11,739 bases of DNA from Pseudomonadota bacterium (GTDB lineage Bacteria; Bdellovibrionota; FAC87; UBA2466): positions 1 through 11,739 of the forward strand of contig JAYUGC010000114.1 of the NCBI GenBank assembly GCA_043767805.1, in the 5' to 3' direction. This document shows, piece by piece, positions 6,909-11,739 of the stretch. The position numbers and the translations under genes were made by a program. Every line of letters begins with the position of its first letter. Position 1 is the stretch's first letter. The notes under the pieces were generated by a model. That model was not told the origin of the DNA, ran no database searches, and worked only from the letters and a program-made list of their open reading frames with translations.

Positions 6909-7841
6909 ATGGAAGAAAACACGAATCAGCCCCAAGAGTTCAAAAGCGGTTTCATCGCCCTGGTCGGGCCGACGAACTCCGGTAAGTCGACTTTGCTCAA
7001 CGCCCTGGTTGGGCAGAAGGTGAGCATCGTCTCCCCGAAAGTGCAGACGACCTATCACAAGATGAACGGCATCGTGAACGGTAAGCACGAGCAGCTGGTT
7101 TTCGTCGATACCCCCGGGTTTCAGCGCTTCGAGGAGTCGATGGCGCGGTTACTCAATAAGGTGGCCGATCGCGGCGCTGAGGAGTGCGACGTGCACGCCT
7201 GGGTGTTCGACTGCTCGGAAGGCCGGGCCTTGTCGCAGATCGAAAAGCTCCAGGACCGCATCAGCACCCTGGGTAAGCCTGAGAATCGCATTTTGCTTTT
7301 GAACAAGGTCGATAAGCTGAAGTTCAAGCCCGATCTCCTTCCGCTTCTCCAGCAGCTGACGGAGATGAAACTCTTTAGCGAAATCATCCCTATCTCGGCG
7401 CACAAGAAGAGCGGCCTCGATCGCGTTTTCGCAGCCGTGCGCGCCCGCATCGGCACCGGACCGCAACTTTTCCCCCAAGACCAGTACACGGATCGCTCCG
7501 AGCAGTTTCTCGTGGCCGAACTCATTCGCGAGCGGATTTACCGCGAGACCGGACAAGAGCTTCCGTACTCCGTCTGGATCGAGATCGAAAGCTGGGAGAC
7601 GCAAGAGACGAAGACCAGCAAAGTGCCCACCATCCGGGCCATCATCCACATCGATTCGGATTCCCGTAAGCGCATCCTCATCGGTAGCGGCGGTGGTCTC
7701 ATCAAGGAAATCGGCATCGGCGCCCGCAAGGGAATCGAAGAGCTCCTTGGTTACCAAGTTTGCTTGAAGCTTTTCGTCGACGTGCAGGACTCTTGGAAGA
7801 GCAGCAAAGGCACGATGACGAATTATCTGGAGCTCACATGA
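6909..7841 (+). CDS. era: GTPase Era
   Basis: KSGFIALVG..NSGKST, VSIVSPKVQTT, DTPG, NKVD, PISA, ELIRE, QELPYS and a KH domain. Starts 1 nt after rnc. Confidence 0.97.
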   Translation: MEENTNQPQEFKSGFIALVGPTNSGKSTLLNALVGQKVSIVSPKVQTTYHKMNGIVNGKHEQLVFVDTPGFQRFEESMARLLNKVADRGAEECDVHAWVFDCSEGRALSQIEKLQDRISTLGKPENRILLLNKVDKLKFKPDLLPLLQQLTEMKLFSEIIPISAHKKSGLDRVFAAVRARIGTGPQLFPQDQYTDRSEQFLVAELIRERIYRETGQELPYSVWIEIESWETQETKTSKVPTIRAIIHIDSDSRKRILIGSGGGLIKEIGIGARKGIEELLGYQVCLKLFVDVQDSWKSSKGTMTNYLELT

Positions 7842-9130
7842 AGGGCGAGATTTACACGGTAGGCATCATCGGGCGGCCCAACGTCGGCAAATCCTGCCTA
7901 TTCAACGCGCTCTTAAAGAGCAATCGTTCCATCGTGCTCGACATGCCGGGAACGACCATGGACGAGCTCGTCGAGAAATGCCGCTGGGAAGAGCGGGATC
8001 TCTACCTCATCGATACCCAAGGGGTGTTCGAGGAAGGCGATTTTCCGGTCGTCGATCGCAATATGAAGCGCTCGGACGCGGTCCTCTTCGTCGTCGACGC
8101 TCTCGCGGGCATTACGCCTTTCGATCGCTGGCTTGCCACCGAGCTGAAAGCCGCGCGTATTCCCACGCTCTTGGTCATCAATAAGGCCGAGAACAATAAA
8201 GAGCAGCACGCCGCCGAGTTCGCGGAGCTTGGCTTCGAGGAATTTACCGAAGTCTCGGCCGCTCACCGCCAGAACTTGAGCTCCATCACGGAATGGTGCG
8301 TGAAGAGCCTGCCCCAGTCGAAGATTCCCGAAGACAAAGTCGAGCCCGTGAAGGTCGCCATCGTCGGACGCCCGAACTCCGGCAAATCGACTTTGATGAA
8401 CCGTTTTTGCAAAGCTTCCGTCTCTCGGGTGAGCCCCATCGCTCATACCACTAGAGATCCGGTGCGGGCCGTAGTCGAAACCCGCCAAGGCCTCATTCAA
8501 TTCATCGATACGGCGGGCGTGCGTCGCCCGAACGCGAAGAAAGAGCCCGTGGAGTTTTTCTCCATCAAGGCCACCGAGCGGACCATCGAGGATTGCGACG
8601 TGGTTCTCTTATGCGTCGCGAGTCATGAGGACGTGACGGATCAGGACATGCGGTTACTGGGCCTCGTCGAAAAAGCCGGTAAACCCACCGTCGTGCTGCT
8701 CAACTTCTGGGACATGCTGGACCGCGAGTCGCAGGCGAAGTACCTGCGCAATTCCGAGTTTTTCCGTATCTTGAAAAAGTTCCCCCTCGTGAAGGTCAGC
8801 GGCAAGACGGGCTTCAACCTTTCCAAGATTCTCCCGCTCGCGACGCGCCTCTATAGCGCGAGTAATCGCCGGGTGCCGACCGCGAAGCTGAACAAAGCGG
8901 TGGAGACCCTGGTGCGCAAGAATCCGCCGCCGACCGTCGGAAAAGGCAATTTCAACATTCTCTACGCGAGCCAGGTCGCGGTCTCGCCGCCTACTTTCGT
9001 GTTCTTTATGAACCGCAAGGAAGCGTTGCCGACTAGTTACCGCCGGTATGTGGAGAATTCCTTGAAACAAGCGTTCGGCCTGGAAGGCCAGCCCATGCGT
9101 CTCTTATTCCGTGCCCGCGATCGCGTTTAG
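7838..9130 (+). CDS. der: Ribosome biogenesis GTPase Der (EngA)
   Basis: Two G domains (GRPNVGKS/DTQG/NKAE and GRPNSGKS/TTRD/DTAG/NFWD) plus a KH-like tail (YASQ, PPTFVFF, Y.RY.EN). The likely start is ATG 7838, overlapping the era stop (ATGA), not 7760. Confidence 0.97.
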   Translation: MKGEIYTVGIIGRPNVGKSCLFNALLKSNRSIVLDMPGTTMDELVEKCRWEERDLYLIDTQGVFEEGDFPVVDRNMKRSDAVLFVVDALAGITPFDRWLATELKAARIPTLLVINKAENNKEQHAAEFAELGFEEFTEVSAAHRQNLSSITEWCVKSLPQSKIPEDKVEPVKVAIVGRPNSGKSTLMNRFCKASVSRVSPIAHTTRDPVRAVVETRQGLIQFIDTAGVRRPNAKKEPVEFFSIKATERTIEDCDVVLLCVASHEDVTDQDMRLLGLVEKAGKPTVVLLNFWDMLDRESQAKYLRNSEFFRILKKFPLVKVSGKTGFNLSKILPLATRLYSASNRRVPTAKLNKAVETLVRKNPPPTVGKGNFNILYASQVAVSPPTFVFFMNRKEALPTSYRRYVENSLKQAFGLEGQPMRLLFRARDRV

Positions 9131-9776
9131 TTCGAGAAGGCCCTACGGCGTCATCTTGGAAGGCTTCGAGCCGTCTGAGCCAAGGCGTAAAATACAGACG
9201 GGGAATGACGAGGACGGCAATCGAGTAGTGCACTAATGCGTCCGATATTCGGTTCTTCCAGTCAGGTCCCGGCAGGCCTCTCGCCGCTAACCAGCACTCG
9301 TAGGGCAGAGAGTGAAAAGGCTCGTCCCGGCGGATGGTCTGTAAGAGGTTTCTCAGCCGGGCATCTCGCGCGATGAAGCCCCATTTCAGCAAGGCATCGA
9401 GTTGGGCAATCCCTCGTCGTTCGGTCGTAATCACCGCCCGGCAAAGCCGCGCGAAACTCTGCGGCGAGTCCACGAGCCCCGCTGAGCTTTCTGCAGTTCC
9501 CTTTTCTAAAAACCAGGAAGCCACGCGATCGAAGTAGCCGACCGAAGGACCGACCGCGAACGGGCGGACGTTCGAGGCGAGAAACCAGCCTTTGAACATG
9601 CGGTAGTGGCGCCGCTCATCGGCGGCGTGTTTCTTGACGCCCTTCAGAAACTCGTCCTCCTTGCCGACTCTCAGTTCGAGCTCCGGAATGAGATCGCTTT
9701 CGAGCTGAAGGTAGCCGCGCCACTCGTTGTAGAGGTAAACGCTTAGGATTAAGTCACGTAGCCGACGAGAAAACAT
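9033..9776 (-). CDS. Ferritin-like diiron-carboxylate protein of unknown function
   Basis: Ligand pattern YNE...DERRH...TE...DEPFH is typical of four-helix diiron proteins. Hydrophobic segment near the C-terminus; starts 3 nt after the upstream stop. The last ~35 aa look like low-information extension. Confidence 0.8.
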   Translation of the reverse strand: MFSRRLRDLILSVYLYNEWRGYLQLESDLIPELELRVGKEDEFLKGVKKHAADERRHYRMFKGWFLASNVRPFAVGPSVGYFDRVASWFLEKGTAESSAGLVDSPQSFARLCRAVITTERRGIAQLDALLKWGFIARDARLRNLLQTIRRDEPFHSLPYECWLAARGLPGPDWKNRISDALVHYSIAVLVIPRLYFTPWLRRLEAFQDDAVGPSRTKRDRGHGIRDAWAGLPGRTLVSRNSPHTGGN

Positions 9777-9779
9777 CCT

Positions 9780-11240
9780 TTAATCCAAAGACAGCGTTTT
9801 TACCGCGTCATGATAGAAGCGGATGGCGCCCGCGTAATCGGCTACGCTGATGCGCTCGTCGACGCCGTGAATGCGGGGAACGTCTTCCACGCCGAGCGGC
9901 ATCGGCAGGAAGCGGTACACATTTTTGGTGAGCCGGGTGTAGTGCTTGGTATCGGTGCTCGCAATCGTCAGAAACGGCACCACGAGCACACCCTCGAAGT
10001 GCGACTGAATCAGGCTTTTTAAACGCGCATAGGGCGTCGCCTTCGTATCGGAAACCGCCGAAGCCTCGCCGTGCACATGCCGGGTCAGCTCGATGTCCTC
10101 GTTTTGAATCGTCTGCTTCACGTGCTGAACCACCGTTTCCGATGTCTCTCCCGGCATGATCCGGAAATTGACCATGGCGCGCGCGGAAGCCGGAAGGACG
10201 TTGTCCTTAACGCCCGCCTGAAAAATAGTGGGCGCCGTGGTGGTGCGGATAGAGGCGTTGGTCGGAGGACTCGCGCTCAGCATTCTCAAGATGAGCGGCT
10301 CGAAGAGCCAGAGATTAGCAAAGGCCAATTGTTTCGAGAATCCCATCTCGGGCCCGAGAGCGATGAGCATTTCGCGAGTCGGCGAGCGCAAGGACGCGGG
10401 CAGGGGATGCTTCTCGAGGCGAGAGACGGCGTCGGCCAATTGCCCGATGGCGGTTACCGACGGCGGCATGGACGAGTGGCCACCGACGGCTTTCGAGATC
10501 ATTTCGACGCTGACGTAGCCTTTCTCCGCGACTCCCACGAGCCCTACCGGCCGCTGAACGCCGGGAAGCGCGCCGCGGGCGATGAAGCCGCCTTCGTCGA
10601 CGACCGCCTCGAGCTTGATACCCCGGGTTTCCAGAAGGGCCCCCATGGCGGAGGCACCGTCGACGCCACCGACTTCCTCGTCGTGGCCGAAAGCAAAGAT
10701 CAAAGTACGCTTGGGGCGGTAGCCTTCCTCGCCGAGAGTCTCGATGGCCTCGAAGAGGGCGATGAGCCCCGCCTTGTCATCGAGGGCGCCGCGCCCCCAG
10801 ATGAATCCCCCGGAAACTTTCCCGGCAAACGGCGGTTGCGTCCATTGGCCTTCGGTTCCAGGAGCGACGGGAACGACATCTTGGTGGGCGAGAAAGGCGA
10901 TCGGCTCTAAAGTACGATCGGCGCCGGGCCAAGTGTAGAGGAGGCTATATTTGGCGACGACTTCGCGGACCAGGGTTTTGTGCGCCTTGGGAAACGTTTT
11001 TTCGAGATAGGTGTGAAGGGCGAGCCATTGCGTGAAATCACGCTTGGCGACTTCGGGGTAGGAAACGGTCGAAAAACGGAGCGCGGCCGCTAAATGGTCG
11101 GCGACCTTGACCTCGTCGAGGGCGATTTTCGTCGTTTCGACCACCGAGCTCGGCTCCGACTTCAAGCCGAGAGCCCGAACCACCAAGACGCCAAACAAGA
11201 CCGCCAAGGCGACCCCAAGAACCATCAAGCCACGTTTCAT
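9780..11240 (-). CDS. Membrane-anchored or exported M20 hydrolase, Gly-Xaa carboxypeptidase S / PM20D1-like
   Basis: N-terminal TM (GLMVLGVALAVLFGVLVVRA); SLLYTWPG, LAHQDVVP, WGRGALDDK, FGHDEE, DEGG, AEKG, GGHSSMPP, RTTTAPT, KDNVLP and RIHGVDE motifs. Confidence 0.93.
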   Translation of the reverse strand: MKRGLMVLGVALAVLFGVLVVRALGLKSEPSSVVETTKIALDEVKVADHLAAALRFSTVSYPEVAKRDFTQWLALHTYLEKTFPKAHKTLVREVVAKYSLLYTWPGADRTLEPIAFLAHQDVVPVAPGTEGQWTQPPFAGKVSGGFIWGRGALDDKAGLIALFEAIETLGEEGYRPKRTLIFAFGHDEEVGGVDGASAMGALLETRGIKLEAVVDEGGFIARGALPGVQRPVGLVGVAEKGYVSVEMISKAVGGHSSMPPSVTAIGQLADAVSRLEKHPLPASLRSPTREMLIALGPEMGFSKQLAFANLWLFEPLILRMLSASPPTNASIRTTTAPTIFQAGVKDNVLPASARAMVNFRIMPGETSETVVQHVKQTIQNEDIELTRHVHGEASAVSDTKATPYARLKSLIQSHFEGVLVVPFLTIASTDTKHYTRLTKNVYRFLPMPLGVEDVPRIHGVDERISVADYAGAIRFYHDAVKTLSLD

Positions 11241-11261
11241 GTCGCGCAGCTTAGCTGCCCG

Positions 11262-11606
11262 TCAGGTCTTTTGGAAAGTGTAAGTGTGGGAATGGCCCGG
11301 CGTGCTGCCCGAAGTGACGGCCACCGCGGCTCCGGCGGCGACGCCTGCGACTTGAACGGAGGTCAGGGCCACGGTGTGAGTATGCCCACTACTCAAGCTG
11401 TCCTCACGGCTGATGTTGACAGGAGTGGCCAGTTCCTCGGCAGTGATGGTGAACTGATGGGTGTGCCCAACGCTGGACGAAGTTTCCGTGAGATCGCCTG
11501 CGCTGCCCGTGCCGCTGTTCTGGGAGCTCTGACAGCTGACTAAAACTTGAGTGCCGGACAGGCCAAGAAAAGAGATGAGGCCAAGTAGCATTTCTCGACG
11601 ATTCAT
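11262..11606 (-). CDS. Predicted Tat-exported lipoprotein with three His-x-His repeats
   Basis: MNRREML twin-arginine motif, hydrophobic region, lipobox LVSC, Ser/Gly linker, then GHTH, GHTH and GHSH, each followed by a beta-strand pattern. SD GGAG upstream. Confidence 0.8.
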   Translation of the reverse strand: MNRREMLLGLISFLGLSGTQVLVSCQSSQNSGTGSAGDLTETSSSVGHTHQFTITAEELATPVNISREDSLSSGHTHTVALTSVQVAGVAAGAAVAVTSGSTPGHSHTYTFQKT

Positions 11607-11619
11607 TGTGTCTCCAGAG

Positions 11620-11739
11620 TTAAGGTTTTTTCGCCTTCGTGACTCTCGTTCGTTTAGGCGGGGCGAGTTTCCCGGCGACCGCGCACGGCACTACCTCGGG
11701 GCCGACGTAATCGACGGGAACGTAAGCCGGCGCGAGCGG
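11620..11739 (-). CDS. 3' end of an upstream gene (PLAPAYVPVDYVGPEVVPCAVAGKLAPPKRTRVTKAKKP*)
   Basis: Frame is open from the window edge to TAA at 11620-11622, 13 nt before the next start. Basic tail; family not recognised. Confidence 0.55.
   Translation of the reverse strand, partial: PLAPAYVPVDYVGPEVVPCAVAGKLAPPKRTRVTKAKKP

Noticed and set aside
7760..7837. N-terminal extension of Der in the ORF track
   Set aside because: It lies inside era; ATG 7838 gives the typical ATGA coupling and a normal Der N-terminus.
6388..9070. Minus-strand ORFs opposite rnc-era-der
   Set aside because: Shadow frames without motifs.
9810..11543. Plus-strand ORFs such as 10071-10910 and 11094-11543
   Set aside because: Antisense to the M20 hydrolase and the lipoprotein, with no independent support.
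1..11739. CRISPR arrays, tRNA/rRNA, IS or phage genes, defence systems
   Set aside because: I saw no spaced repeats, cloverleaf structures, or transposase/integrase/defence nuclease motifs by eye.

Overview
GC-rich bacterial chromosomal window with mostly housekeeping and metabolic genes. I found no mobile element, CRISPR array or RNA gene. Gene order (rnc-era-der) and the AstA/AstD subtypes suggest a Bdellovibrionota or other deltaproteobacteria-like host (inference). Four blocks: (1) minus strand, mltG - acyl-CoA thioesterase - 60-aa orphan, preceded by what looks like a decayed 3' end of ruvX/yqgF; (2) minus strand, ArgE/DapE-like M20 hydrolase - astA - astD-like ALDH; (3) plus strand, rnc-era-der, divergent from block 2; (4) minus strand, partial gene - Tat lipoprotein with three GH[TS]H motifs - membrane-anchored PM20D1/CPS-like M20 hydrolase - ferritin-like diiron protein overlapping the der 3' end by 98 bp. 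The most notable signal is the AstD-like protein. It is full length and keeps the NAD-binding motifs, but the three conserved catalytic positions are substituted (Asn->Asp156, Glu->Asp254, Cys->Ser288). It is therefore a probable pseudo-enzyme inside an incomplete arginine succinyltransferase cluster. Family assignments rest on recalled motifs; no searches were run.
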